Assembly: GCA_020137815.1 (NCBI GenBank) | Contig: CM035354.1 | Span: forward strand, 5,952,001 to 6,016,000 | Length of the DNA stretch: 64,000 bases | From: Hormiphora californensis | Lineage: Eukaryota > Animalia > Ctenophora | Direction of reading: 5' to 3' | Notes under the pieces: model-generated | The model's database searches: none | What the model was told of the DNA's origin: nothing | The model's input: only the letters and a program-made list of their open reading frames with translations | Made by a program: the position numbers and the translations under genes | Shown here: in pieces, positions 42,501-54,851 of the stretch | Layout of the letters: the number at the start of each line of letters is the position of its first letter | Numbering within the stretch: position 1 is the first letter of the stretch

Positions 42501-42710
42501 CACACATCACACAGGGACCAGATCCTGGATGAGGTACCACCCTCTGGAGCGGTGGAGTATTATTACGAGGGGAGGCGTGATGCAGCCACCAAGAAAATAG
42601 CACAAGTAACGGAGATATTCGCCACTATGGAGTGGTACATGGCTGAATCTCAGATATGTGTTCGAAACCTGAATAAACTGATGGACTTGGCTAAGAAATC
42701 TCATCATTAA
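39555..42710 (+). CDS. CATSPER1: CatSper1-like sperm cation channel alpha subunit (6TM)
   Basis: Exons 39555-40302, 40370-40553, 42190-42285, 42515-42710. S4 IFRIFRLLKSLRALRALRVIRTI; pore FTLFQLLTLDDWF (TLDDW is the CatSper1 signature); S6 NLFIAVIVDNL; C-terminal coiled-coil-like tail. Confidence 0.85.
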
Positions 42711-43151
42711 CATCCTCACTCTTCATCACGCACCCTCACAAAGATCTCAGAGCTATGTTATGCTTATGCTGAATGCTGCCCCATGGTAGGCAGCTACATC
42801 AAGGGGACACAAGAATGTTTGAGAGAGAGGGACACCGGACACAGAGAGACAGATACAGAGAGAGAGAGAAGGAGATTTGAGGAAAGGAAAGAGAGAGAGA
42901 GAGCGAAGAGAAGGAGATTGGAGGAAAGGAAAGAGAGAGAGAGAGAAGAGAAGGAGATTGGAGGAAAGAGATTGAACTTCTCTGAGAGTTCTGTAGAGTG
43001 TAGACATGCTGAGTACAGCTTGAAAGAGTGCATGATTGTCGCGTATATATATTATATACAGCATACCTCTTCTTCCTAAAAAACAGCTTGAGTCAGTTGA
43101 CCAGTGTGCAGTTCTCTTCAATATTGAGGCTGCAGGCTAGATGCTGAGATG

Positions 43152-43274
<123 letters not shown>

Positions 43275-43559
43275 TAGTGAGAGAGAGAAAGGTAGTGAGA
43301 GAGAGAAGATTGAGCTGGCGAATTCCGTACTCGCACTTGGCTTTCTGTTTTCTATCATGTGTCTCGTTATGTTATCGTTGCCAATTTCATGTTTAATTAC
43401 CATAGTTAGCCTAAAAATATATTTTGTTGTGTTTCTCTCTCTCCCTTGTTCTCTAAGTTTCCCTTCATGTAACTCAGATCCTATTTTGGAACTCCAGAGT
43501 ACAATTCACTTTTATTAATTTCCCCCATCTATTTATTAAAGGGATCGCAAAAGACATGC

Positions 43560-44026
43560 ATGAACGATCCCGTAATGTCCGCCACTAGCCCTCCTACAAC
43601 CCAGGCCGAGCCCTCATCATGTGCACCATGCTCTTTTCTTCGATCAGCTATGCTCAGGTTTGCTCTTTCAGGAGTTTCCATTGTTTTTACTGAATTATTA
43701 TAGGAATGATCATCTCGTATTATATCCCCATTATATCATTATGATCTGTTTCACGTCTCCCACCTCAGGATATGTCGAGGTAACCAGAATAAAGTTGCAG
43801 ATGACGGTGCAACGAAAAAGACTATGGTAAGTATGTTACTCTTTAGTCTTGTTGTTGTTGTTGTTTCTTTTTCGATGGTTTTGAATTTCGATTATTGCTT
43901 TTTTGCTGATTGTATTATCGGCTCGATTATAGCTTATCATGCTCCTATCATGCTTCTATTTGTAGGTGTTGGCGGAGCCAGTGGTCTTTGGACATAAGAT
44001 TGTCATTGAACAGCTAAAACAAGAGG
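43560..44026 (+). CDS. Three in-frame 5' exons, probably a long N-terminus of the EF-hand gene at 61873
   Basis: 43560-43657 (MNDPVMSATSPPTTQAEPSSCAPCSFLRSAML, phase 2), 43769-43826 (RICRGNQNKVADDGATKKTM, phase 0), 43966-44026 (VLAEPVVFGHKIVIEQLKQE, phase 1, donor GTGAGT). All GT-AG and phase-consistent. Confidence 0.55.
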
Positions 44027-45428
44027 GTGAGTTTTTTTATAAAGGGATGTGACTCATGTTGTACTTACCCCGTGTGGTACTGTACCACTATAGTGCCATG
44101 CCACATTGGATAAGCCGTAAGGTGTCGAAACGTCCCCTTCTGCTGAATATCCGATAGATCAAAAGGGATGGTAAGAGAAGGTACCCGGTACAGTGTGCGG
44201 TGTATAGCAGTGTACAGTGCACACACTAAATTGCACTCAAAGTACCAGAGGGGGAGAGAGAGAGAGAGAGAGAGAGAGAACAGTAGCCACGTCATCCGTG
44301 GCTATCATTTCCTGTTTTACAAATCTTTTTTCAAAGCTCCAAATAAGATTATTTAGTGGTCCGGTCTGTCAGCCTAGTATGTGCTATACACACTAAAATC
44401 CCTCTAGATCTCTCTTCTCTAAATCTCTATTGTTTTCTCCCTCTTTTAAGTTTCAATCTTCAATCTATCAAGCGAAGCGAGCTCTTCCTGGTTAAATAAT
44501 CTCAATTCTACACCGCGGCAGGGAGGGCATTATAGTTGTTTAAATAACAAGAATTATTTGCATTATGTATCCATAATGCTACGTTTCCCTGCCCTCTTCG
44601 ATTTGCCATTCAACTCGCCCAACGAGTAAGCTGTCCGCAAAATGGGGATTTGTGTTTTTCGAATTTTTGAACAAAACGCAGATTTTCAATTTCTCCATTT
44701 TCGGAAAATGGAGAAATTGAAAATTTTTCCCCAATGAAAACGCGCGGCCGATATAAAACAAATTTTGCCGCGCGTTACAGTTTATAGCCGCACGCCCCTC
44801 ATAAAATTTCAATTGTTTGCGCGCGCGCATTTTACTCCGCAAGTGTCAGATCGTGCGCGCCACGAGGTTGCCCCTCGCAACGAAAGTGTGACCAAAATGG
44901 TCCCTCTACCGATTAGTTAGTATACCAAAATGTCGTTTTCGAATTCTAACCCTGCTATGCCTTTTTACAAAGTAAAAAGGCATCCGGGTGAATGCCTTCG
45001 GCATTCACCCGGGCAGGGAAAAAATTAAAAGCAGGGTGGGTAAAAAAGCTCATAACTTTAGATTCGGGGCAAATAATATATATACCCCACTTCTCTGGGA
45101 CAGAGTCCAAGAAAATTCAGTGGCCTAGCTCCGTACAGGCAAGGGAGGGGGGGGGGTGAGCGGAGATTTTTGCCAAAATGATAGGCTACACTCTCGCTCC
45201 GCTCGGATTCAAAAGTAATAACATCTCAATCGATTAAAACATCGTCTTTTTGGCCTAAAAGCTAAAAGTTTCCATCGCTCCGCATATATAGAGTATGAAG
45301 TTTGCACTTGAACAATAATTATTTCATCATATTTTATTCATAATGCGGTGTTTCCCTGTCACAAATGGATTTAAAATTGATAACTAAGCAGTAAGCTAAA
45401 GAACTGGATTTTTTGATGAATTTTGCAC

Positions 45429-46127
45429 TCAAAAGAGCAATTTTTGGCTCAGTGGTGTTAGCTCTGGGTGTCTAAACGCATGGCCAGCATGTCTCAGGCG
45501 TCTCTCTGCTATTTTGGTGCTGAGAATCGGTAGCTCACCAAACAGCTCGCAGTTGGTCATCATCAGGAGATAATGGTTTTTATTCAGTGCCATCCTGAGC
45601 ATTCGAGTGTAGGTCCCGTTTATACTACGCTCTTGGTCTTTAGTAAGCGTCCACGTCTCACAGCCGTACAGCAGAACAGATTCTACACATGCCACAAACA
45701 ATCGGACCTTTAGCTCGTCTTTAAGACTTGAGTTCCAGATCTTCTTAAGTTTATGACATGCCACCTATGCAGTATGCTTTACTTTAGCCTTCCTGGTGGT
45801 AATGTCCCGAGTGGAGTCGGCGATCCAACTACCAAGATATTTGAAGTCCTTTACCCTCTTGATACTCTCTCCCGATAGAGATGTTAATTGCCCTGGGTTA
45901 TCGATGCCCTCTGTCAGGAACTCTGTCTTGCCAAGGTTACAACGGAGGCCAATTTTTCCACACACGGTTTCCACCTCCTTGAGCAGAGATCCAAGTTGTT
46001 CAGTAGAGTCGGCAAGGAGCGCTAGATCGTCAGCAAACTCCGTATCCGATACCCGTTGAGCCTCAATCGGTCGAGATCTGGTACCCCGTGCTGGTTTGAT
46101 CGTGAAGCCAGTATCCGGGTGTCTCAA
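45429..46127 (-). mobile_element. RTE-clade LINE reverse transcriptase fragment
   Basis: EFADDLALLA, RCNLGKTE, VKDFKYLGS, KVRLFVACVESVLLYGCETWTL. Interrupted at ~45765. Confidence 0.88.
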
Positions 46128-46714
46128 AATTTATCATATTGTTCTAAATTATCAAAAACTAAAATTTTTCGGGGGCTTCTCCTCATAGCACCCATCGAGG
46201 GCTCGGCCCCTGGACCCCGTTGGGGGCTGTGCCCCCCAAACCCCCTACTGGGTTTGGAGTATGGCCTTAGCCCCCCCCCCCCTAAAATATCCGGGTCCGA
46301 CTATTATAGGGTAACCCAAATCCTATCCATATTTAACCTTTTAGTTTCTGAAATACGCAATTAATACAGCAGGCCGCTTTGCCTCGTGGACCGAAGTTTA
46401 CCCCCAGTTTACCCTAGTCATCCATGTGAGACGATTTTATCGATTTTACGAAAAACATCTAAATTTTTCATGTTAATTATGTTTGTGCGTGTTTGTACGG
46501 AATCTGCACTGACCCTATAATTGTTTCAAGTTCACCAGTGGTACTTACCCAGTGTGGCACGGTACTATTGGTACCATAACATAACACCGCTGGGTAAGCC
46601 GTAAGATGTCGAAACGTCCCTTTTTTCTGTTCCGCCGAATGTCGTATCAGACGCATCAAAAGGGATGGTAAGAAAGGGTACATATGCTGTGTACTACAGC
46701 ACTCAACTCAAGTT

Positions 46715-46759
<45 letters not shown>

Positions 46760-47171
46760 AGTTGGTCCACCTGCCACCACCTCCAATCGGTTTCCCCCGG
46801 GCAACGGGGTCAGTGGTCACACGGAGTACCTTTTCCCCATCCCCTTTTCCCCCTGTTCGATTTCCAGGTCCGTGTGGCCGCGGCTGAGCGTGGCTGTGTA
46901 TCAGAAATACGGAAAAAAAATCAGAAAATACAAAATACAAAAACATCTTGGCAAGGCTAGGTGGCCCACAGTGTATCAACGCCAACTACTACGTTCCTAC
47001 CCCGCCTTCTGCGGCTTAGGGTTACCCGTGGAACAGGCATCTTCTAGCCAACTGTGGACCCCCAACGCCCCTTTATCCACTAACCCGCTAACCAATACTG
47101 TTTTTGTTCTACTGGCCCCCTAACCCACTTCTTCCATTTTTGATAGGGTTCTACATCGGAGATGATTCTTT

Positions 47172-47978
47172 GGAGCGGGGTGGCTGTCCTCTCTGGAGCG
47201 GGGTCAGCTGTCCTTACTGGAGCGGGGTCAGCTGTCCTCTCTGGAACGGGGTGACTGTCCTCTCTGGAGCGGGGTCAGCTGTCTTTACTGGAGCGGGGTC
47301 AGCTGTCCTTACTGGAGCGGGGTCAGCTGTCCTCTCTGGAACGGGGTGGCTGTCCTCTCTGGGGCGGGGTCAGCTGTCTTTACTGGAGCGGGGTCAGCTG
47401 TCTTTACTGGAGCGGGGTCAGCTGTCCTTACTGGAGCGGGGTCAGCTGTCTTCTCTGGGGCGGGGTGGCTGTCTTCTCTGGAACGGGGTCAGCTGGCTTT
47501 TCTGGAACGGGGTCAGCTGGCTTCTCTGGAACGGGGTCAGCTGGCTTCTCTGGAGCGGGGTCAGCTGTCCTTACTGGAGCGGGGTCAGCTGTCCTCTCTG
47601 GAACGGGGTGACTGTCCTCTCTGGAGCGGGGTCAGCTGTCTTTAATGGAACGGGGTCAGCTGTCCTTACTGGAGCGGGGTCGGCTGTCCTCTCTGGAACG
47701 GGGTGGCTGTCCTCTCTGGAACGGGGTCAGCTGTCTTTACTGGAACGGGGTCAGCTGTCTTTACTGGAACGGGGTCAGCTGTCCTTACTGGAGCGGGGTC
47801 AGCTGTCTTCTCTGGAACGGGGTGGCTGTCTTCTCTGGAACGGGGTCAGCTGGCTTCTCTGGAACGGGGTCAGCTGGCTTCTCTGGAACGGGGTCAGCTG
47901 GCTTCTCTGGAACGGGGTCGGCTGTCTTCTCTGGAACGGGGTCAGCTGGCTTCTCTGGAACGGGCTGGCTGTCCTCTC
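47172..47978. repeat. GC-rich minisatellite, ~24-bp unit with 21-bp variants and higher-order structure
   Basis: CTGGA(G/A)CGGGGTCAGCTGTC(C/T)TT(A/C) repeated about 34 times. Confidence 0.95.
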
Positions 47979-48951
47979 TGACTCGTCATGTAATCATCAT
48001 CCATTTGTATTAATTTATTATTTTTTTCGCTCGAACCCGTTCCTGCTTGTTTTAGGCTGCCTTAGATTCAGACGGTTTGCTTCTTCAGTTCCTGATAAGT
48101 TGTCTCTTCTTAGAATTCATTGTAGCAGATTGGGCTTCTTTGCAGATAGTTTAGGAGGTCTTGTGCTCCGTCACCATGAGCTTTAATCCCACTTTACTTC
48201 CCCCTTTTTAATATCATCCCCTTTACTTAACCCATATGAACATTGTTAAATTTACCCGTATGTACATTGTTCTACCTACCCTACCTTTACTCCGCAGGCC
48301 CTCCGGGCCCTCAGATCCAACAGGATCCGGGTCCGGGGGATTTAACCCTGCTCTCGCATGGGGCCTCACGGCCCCATGTGGGAGTGGTGCGTGTAGTGGA
48401 CCGAGAGAGAGAGAGAGAGAGGGGGTAGCATCATTTCCTGTTTTACAAATCTTTTGCTCCAAATACAATTATTTAGTGCAGTGCTCCGGTCTGTCAGCCT
48501 AGTAAAAAACACTCTAAATCTCTCTTCTCTAAATCTCTCTTGTTTTCTCTCTCTTCTTTTCTCTCTCTTCTTTTCTCTCTCTTCTTTTCTCTATCTTTCA
48601 ATCTATTCTACTCCGTTGGCCGTTGGGAGGGCATCATAATTTGAGCTCAATGGTGAATAAAGAGGGCCAGATGGGTGGGTTAACATAATATTATGAACAT
48701 CCAAACTGGGTATCCAGCCTGATGACCGTTACGGCATGTCGACTTGACCCCCCCCCCCCCCCCCCATGGAGTTGAGGATCATCCCCACCACATGCCCAAA
48801 ATGTCCCTAATAAGCTTAGAAATGGCCCATTGTCACTGAAAAAGGTCCCCGAAAATTGCGGAAAAAAGTAATTTTTTGAAGTTTGCGATGCATTTTATTT
48901 CCCTTTTATTTAAAAGTCCACTTTTAAAGTTGCTTGCGGATGCCCGACTTA

Positions 48952-49779
48952 GGGTGTGCTATTTCAAATTTTTTTCGACTAGGCCATTCAGTATCTAGCT
49001 AATGTGAAACTATGGACAATTCTCTATCACATCAGCAAAACAGAATCGAGATAGTGTTTGTCAGTTACGTTGGCATCGCGATTTAAAAAGTGTAGTTTTT
49101 AACCGAAAAATGGTAAAAACAGGGAAATATGTGTGGTTTTCACCAGTTTTTGACATGTTCTTGATATCAACTTTTTATGTTCAGGATCGTGTTCAGCACC
49201 TCGAAACTGACAAGAATTGATATGCATCATTAAATGATGCTAAAGTTCATTTTTGACCTAAAAATGTTCATTTTTGACCTAAAAATGTTCATTTTTGACA
49301 AAAAATGTTCATTTTGGACATGTTCTTAAATTTTGAGAGCTTTTTCATGAACGGGATCGTGTTCCGCAGGCCAAAATTAGTCGATTACCACCGAAATTTG
49401 CTTTCCACCAAGAAAAAACTTTAAAAAAATTAAAATTCGTCCCCACGATTCTGCAAGTTGGTAAAATTAGCAAGAAAAAAGGGAAAAAATTTTTATTTTT
49501 GTTCATAAAGTGGATATCTGAAGACTCAAACTGAAAGTAACAGTTGTATAAGTTGTCACGAGACGATTTATATGTGTGTTTTGTTCGAAATCACGCCCTA
49601 AAACAGACTTTTTGAAATGAATATGCCCATATATGGGCATAGCTCGTGCCAACGTAATTGGGCCATGGTAGAGCCAAAACTTTGTGATAAAATGTTTTAG
49701 AATGATCGTAGGAGCTCATTTAACCCGATACCAAGTGAAATTTTGAATTAAATTAACCATTTGAAAAAATAGCACACCC
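48952..49779. mobile_element. Non-autonomous Tc1/mariner-like element
   Basis: TA-GGGTGTGCTATTT...AAATAGCACACCC-GTA short TIRs; internal 21-bp repeats (AAAAATGTTCATTTTTGACCT). Confidence 0.55.
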
Positions 49780-49852
49780 GTACACATGGTTACCACTTCG
49801 TGTCATTCTTCCCGGAAACTTCATTGCAGAACAACTCCAAGTTACAAGCAGA

Positions 49853-50050
49853 GGCAAAACGTTACCTTGTTCTAGACCAAACTAAACTCAAGACAAACTC
49901 AAAGGCATAATGTTACCTTGTTCCAGAACAAACTAGCTCAAGACACTCTCAAAGGAAAAACGTTACCTAGTTCCAGATTAAACCAAACTCAAGACTCTCT
50001 CAAAGGCAAAACGTTACCTTGTTCCAGAACAAACCCAACTCGACAGACTC
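49853..50050. repeat. ~53-bp tandem repeat, about 4 units
   Basis: GGCAAAACGTTACCTTGTTC(T/C)AGA...AAACTCAAGAC..CTCAAA. Confidence 0.85.
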
Positions 50051-50765
50051 TATGACTGATGCCATAGGTTCCCCCATTTCACCGAAGTTGAGAAAGGGGG
50101 GAGCTTAGCGCCATAGTTACCCATACCCGGGTGGTATGTGGTTTGCTCAGCGTGTGGCTAAGTGACCCAAAATATAAAAAAAACGAACCAATTATCGCTG
50201 TACTACCATTTTCATGGTAACGGCCATAGCATTTAAAGTGAGAGTAGACCTCGGGGGTGTGGGCCGGGTTGTACCGACTGGGTAATCTGGGTGGGTATCC
50301 TGGGGAGATCCCTAACACAGAATTCGGCAAAATTTAGGCTGAATTACGCCTTTTATTATAGGCCCGACCTATGCACAAGGCGTAATTCTACGGTGTAATT
50401 CTGCCCATGGCACAAGGCCCAAGGGTGTAAAACCTAAACACGCACACGTCACACACATACACATACACAGCAGTGATATTGCTCCAAGTTGTATGCGAGT
50501 CCAGTACTAGCACAATGACAGTTTTCAAAGGGAGACTATTACACAACCGTGTTTAATATAAACTGAGGTAAAACACCACCCCAACCACCGAGGAGCATAT
50601 TGAACAGTGCTCTAGTTGCATACGTTATAATATGCAGCTTTCAACTCTTAGTATCCCGGGTCGTTGTAGTTGCAAGCCATATTGAGAAAAGTTTCATTGA
50701 ATTGTATAAGATTGTTACTTTCATATTATATTGCTAACGTCAAATATATTTCCCCTAGTTAAAAG

Positions 50766-52724
50766 ATGAAGTTTTTTGTGTTGGTGGCATTAGCCATGGC
50801 CGTTGTAATGGCGGCTGCAGTTGAGGATCATCCCCACCACCGCCACCCCCACCGCCGACATCCCCATGGCCCTCCCCATGGAGTTGAGGATCATCCCCAC
50901 CACCGCCACCCCCACCGCCGACATCCCCATGGCCCTCCCCATGGAGTTGAGGATCATCCCCACCACCGCCACCCCCACCGCCGACATCCCCATGGCCCTC
51001 CCCATGGAGTTGAGGATCATCCCCACCACCGCCACCCCCACCGCCGACATCCCCATGGCCCTCCCCATGGAGTTGAGGATCATCCCCACCACCGCCACCC
51101 CCACCGCCGACATCCCCATGGCCCTCCCCATGGAGTTGAGGATCATCCCCACCACCGCCACCCCCACCGCCGACATCCCCATGGCCCTCCCCATGGAGTT
51201 GAGGATCATCCCCACCACCGCCACCCCCACCGCCGACATCCCCATGGCCCTCCCCATGGAGTTGAGGATCATCCCCACCACCGCCACCCCCACCGCCGAC
51301 ATCCCCATGGCCCTCCCCATGGAGTTGAGGATCATCCCCACCACCGCCACCCCCACCGCCGACATCCCCATGGCCCTCCCCATGGAGTTGAGGATCATCC
51401 CCACCACCGCCACCCCCACCGCCGACATCCCCATGGCCCTCCCCATGGAGTTGAGGATCATCCCCACCACCGCCACCCCCACCGCCGACATCCCCATGGC
51501 CCTCCCCATGGAGTTGAGGATCATCCCCACCACCGCCACCCCCACCGCCGACATCCCCATGGCCCTCCCCATGGAGTTGAGGATCATCCCCACCACCGCC
51601 ACCCCCACCGCCGACATCCCCATGGCCCTCCCCATGGAGTTGAGGATCATCCCCACCACCGCCACCCCCACCGCCGACATCCCCATGGCCCTCCCCATGG
51701 AGTTGAGGATCATCCCCACCACCGCCACCCCCACCGCCGACATCCCCATGGCCCTCCCCATGGAGTTGAGGATCATCCCCACCACCGCCACCCCCACCGC
51801 CGACATCCCCATGGCCCTCCCCATGGAGTTGAGGATCATCCCCACCACCGCCACCCCCACCGCCGACATCCCCATGGCCCTCCCCATGGAGTTGAGGATC
51901 ATCCCCACCACCGCCACCCCCACCGCCGACATCCCCATGGCCCTCCCCATGGAGTTGAGGATCATCCCCACCACCGCCACCCCCACCGCCGACATCCCCA
52001 TGGCCCTCCCCATGGAGTTGAGGATCATCCCCACCACCGCCACCCCCACCGCCGACATCCCCATGGCCCTCCCCATGGAGTTGAGGATCATCCCCACCAC
52101 CGCCACCCCCACCGCCGACATCCCCATGGCCCTCCCCATGGAGTTGAGGATCATCCCCACCACCGCCACCCCCACCGCCGACATCCCCATGGCCCTCCCC
52201 ATGGAGTTGAGGATCATCCCCACCACCGCCACCCCCACCGCCGACATCCCCATGGCCCTCCCCATGGAGTTGAGGATCATCCCCACCATCGCCACCCCCA
52301 CCGCCGACATCCCCATGGCCCTCCCCATGGAGTTGAGGATCATCCCCACCACCGCCACCCCCACCGCCGACATCCCCATGGCCCTCCCCATGGAGTTGAG
52401 GATCATCCCCACCACCGCCACCCCCACCGCCGACATCCCCATGGCCCTCCCCATGGAGTTGAGGATCATCCCCACCACCGCCACCCCCACCGCCGACATC
52501 CCCATGGCCCTCCCCATGGAGTTGAGGATCATCCCCACCACCGCCACCCCCACCGCCGACATCCCCATGGCCCTCCCCATGGAGTTGAGGATCATCCCCA
52601 CCACCGCCACCCCCACCGCCGACATCCCCATGGCCCTCCCCATGGAGTTGAGGATCATCCCCACCACCGCCACCCCCACCGCCGACATCCCCATGGCCCT
52701 CCCCATGGATTGGAAATCGAATAA
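50766..52724 (+). CDS. Secreted His/Pro-rich tandem-repeat protein: signal peptide plus 30 x VEDHPHHRHPHRRHPHGPPHG
   Basis: Signal MKFFVLVALAMAVVMAAA; acceptor-like TTTCCCCTAG 7 nt before the ATG; 63-bp unit x30. The variant I spotted (52289 C>T) is synonymous in this frame. The stop overlaps AATAAA. Confidence 0.85.
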   Translation: MKFFVLVALAMAVVMAAAVEDHPHHRHPHRRHPHGPPHGVEDHPHHRHPHRRHPHGPPHGVEDHPHHRHPHRRHPHGPPHGVEDHPHHRHPHRRHPHGPPHGVEDHPHHRHPHRRHPHGPPHGVEDHPHHRHPHRRHPHGPPHGVEDHPHHRHPHRRHPHGPPHGVEDHPHHRHPHRRHPHGPPHGVEDHPHHRHPHRRHPHGPPHGVEDHPHHRHPHRRHPHGPPHGVEDHPHHRHPHRRHPHGPPHGVEDHPHHRHPHRRHPHGPPHGVEDHPHHRHPHRRHPHGPPHGVEDHPHHRHPHRRHPHGPPHGVEDHPHHRHPHRRHPHGPPHGVEDHPHHRHPHRRHPHGPPHGVEDHPHHRHPHRRHPHGPPHGVEDHPHHRHPHRRHPHGPPHGVEDHPHHRHPHRRHPHGPPHGVEDHPHHRHPHRRHPHGPPHGVEDHPHHRHPHRRHPHGPPHGVEDHPHHRHPHRRHPHGPPHGVEDHPHHRHPHRRHPHGPPHGVEDHPHHRHPHRRHPHGPPHGVEDHPHHRHPHRRHPHGPPHGVEDHPHHRHPHRRHPHGPPHGVEDHPHHRHPHRRHPHGPPHGVEDHPHHRHPHRRHPHGPPHGVEDHPHHRHPHRRHPHGPPHGVEDHPHHRHPHRRHPHGPPHGLEIE

Positions 52725-53072
52725 ACGACCTGTGTTATACAGACATCCCCATGGCCCCCGTGGAGTTGAGGATCATTGGAAAGGATTGGAAATCGAATAA
52801 ACGACCTGTGTTATACAGACAAACACTGTTATACACTACAGCATTTACAAAAAAGTTGTGTCATTCTTTGTTCTACAGATTTTTAAATACAAATAGCCAT
52901 CAAAACAAACACAATACACATCATAGTCAGAATAATCCACTTTAGTTCAATGCAATTGGACCAGACATGGAAGTGACGAACCACCATAAAAAGACTAAAA
53001 TATGTCTTATGTCTCTCTTGACTCTTATCTTACTATATCTAATGCAAATTTGCACGGAAATGTGACACTCTA

Positions 53073-53160
53073 CCGTCAATGTGACGACGTGATCCGTCAG
53101 TGTGACGATGTGATCCGTCAAGGTGACGACGTGATCCGTCAATGTGACGATGTGATTCGT
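53073..53160. repeat. 21-bp tandem repeat x4
   Basis: CCGTCA(A/G)(T/G)GTGACGA(C/T)GTGAT. Confidence 0.85.
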
Positions 53161-54476
53161 AGGTATCACGTATCTTTACCACTACCAACCTCCGTATTCT
53201 TTACCACGACATGGGTGGGGACTGCAATGGGTGGGGACTTCAATGAGCTTTCTAGTCTATATTATAAAGCAGAGATGGTTGCAAGACAATTGGTTTTTTG
53301 GGGGGTTTTTAGGGTTTGCACGTGGAAAATTGGCGTGTTGTTAGGGGTGTTTGGTGGGGCTTGGAGAGTGCACGTGCGTGTGTAAAGGTTTTATAATGTT
53401 GGAAATTCATGGCTTTTTGGAAAGAGGTTGAGTTGATCTTTCCAATGAGCCTTGGTTTTTTGAAATTGGTTGAGAAATGACGGAGTTATGGCGAAAATGG
53501 TGAAAATTGAGGGGAAATGGTGAAAAATGAGGGGTTCTGAACTGATTCAGATCACAGATTGAGAGAGGGGTGAGGGGAGTATTCATTATGGCGTTACAGG
53601 GGAGTGAATAGAGGGTGAGATGGAGTGAATAGGGGACGGTCCCCTATTCAGATTCAATAGGGGCCGATGGGAGTCAATAGGGATAAGAGGGGTGAGGACT
53701 GAGAGGAGTCAACAGGGGGAAGGGGGCGTGGATTATGATCTCGCGACCGGAGGTGCCGGGAAGCGGCGCCGTAGGGAGCAAAGTAGGCATGAGCCAGGGA
53801 TCGGGATTGAGAGGAATGAATAGGGTGTGAGAGTTTTTTGTTCTTTTGCCTGGGCTCTCTAGTCCTTATTATAAAGTAGAAATGAGTGGCGTGATGAGGA
53901 GGATGATGACCTATCATCACGTGCAAATGGAGGGGGTTGCCAAGGAGGTGCTCTGGGAGGGGTATTGGAGATTGTGGGGGGATACTACACGTGCATGTTG
54001 TTGGTTGTTTGTTGCGTGTTCCTGTGTTGTTCCTGTGGAGTTTTGGGATCTACTGCTGGGGCCGCCATGATTGCCAAAGCCTTTCTACCTACGTACCCCG
54101 TTGATTCTCTACACAGCTACAATTCTACGGATCTTTATCACCTGATTCTACATATATGTTATTCAGCGGGATTTCCCTTGATATGATGTTTATTACCAGC
54201 GCTCTACCACTACCAACCCCGACATGGAGAAACGAATAGTAAGAGGGGGGAGACGGGTGGGGGGGGGTTATTGTAGGACTTCAATGGGCTTTCTAGTACT
54301 ATTATATATACCAAGTTAGCTATCACATATGGTGCACGTGAATTCAACCCTGAGTGGTACCATGAGAGGTGATGATGGTGACCAATAATTGTATTGATAA
54401 ATGAGAATGATGTGTGGCTTGTGTGGAGCTTTATTGTGAGCACTCCAGTGACCTTTGTAGTGTCGTTCTCTCTCTA

Positions 54477-54583
<107 letters not shown>

Positions 54584-54851
54584 CTTTCGTCATTCTTTGA
54601 TCTTCCTACCACCAACAAGTGATCCGCCAAGGACAGGGCACATCTAGTTACTACTGTATGCTTTGAATATCTGCTACACCCCGTTCTCAGTTTATATATG
54701 TTTCATTACGTCTCCTTCCTCTCAGTCACAGTTTATAAATAACATCAGACGATTTATTTTACATTACCCTTATCCTTGTTTCTTTGATGACTAGTTATAA
54801 ATTCGTCATAATGACAGTATTGCTCTCTCTCATCTCTCCTTCCTATTAAGT

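Noticed and set aside
47104-48186. 360-aa, 122-aa, 99-aa and 92-aa repetitive ORFs (LERGQLS/GAGSAV/WNGVS)
   Set aside because: Products of a 24/21-bp minisatellite open in several frames; non-ATG starts and no domain evidence.
50820-52709. CRISPR-like regular repeats (also 62630-63105 and 47172-47978)
   Set aside because: No unique spacers and no cas genes; these are eukaryotic tandem repeats.
50790-52800. 638-aa minus-strand ORF and 659-aa alternative plus-frame ORF over the 63-bp array
   Set aside because: Shadows of a stop-free tandem repeat. Only the His frame has an ATG, signal peptide and upstream acceptor, and the observed variant is silent in it.
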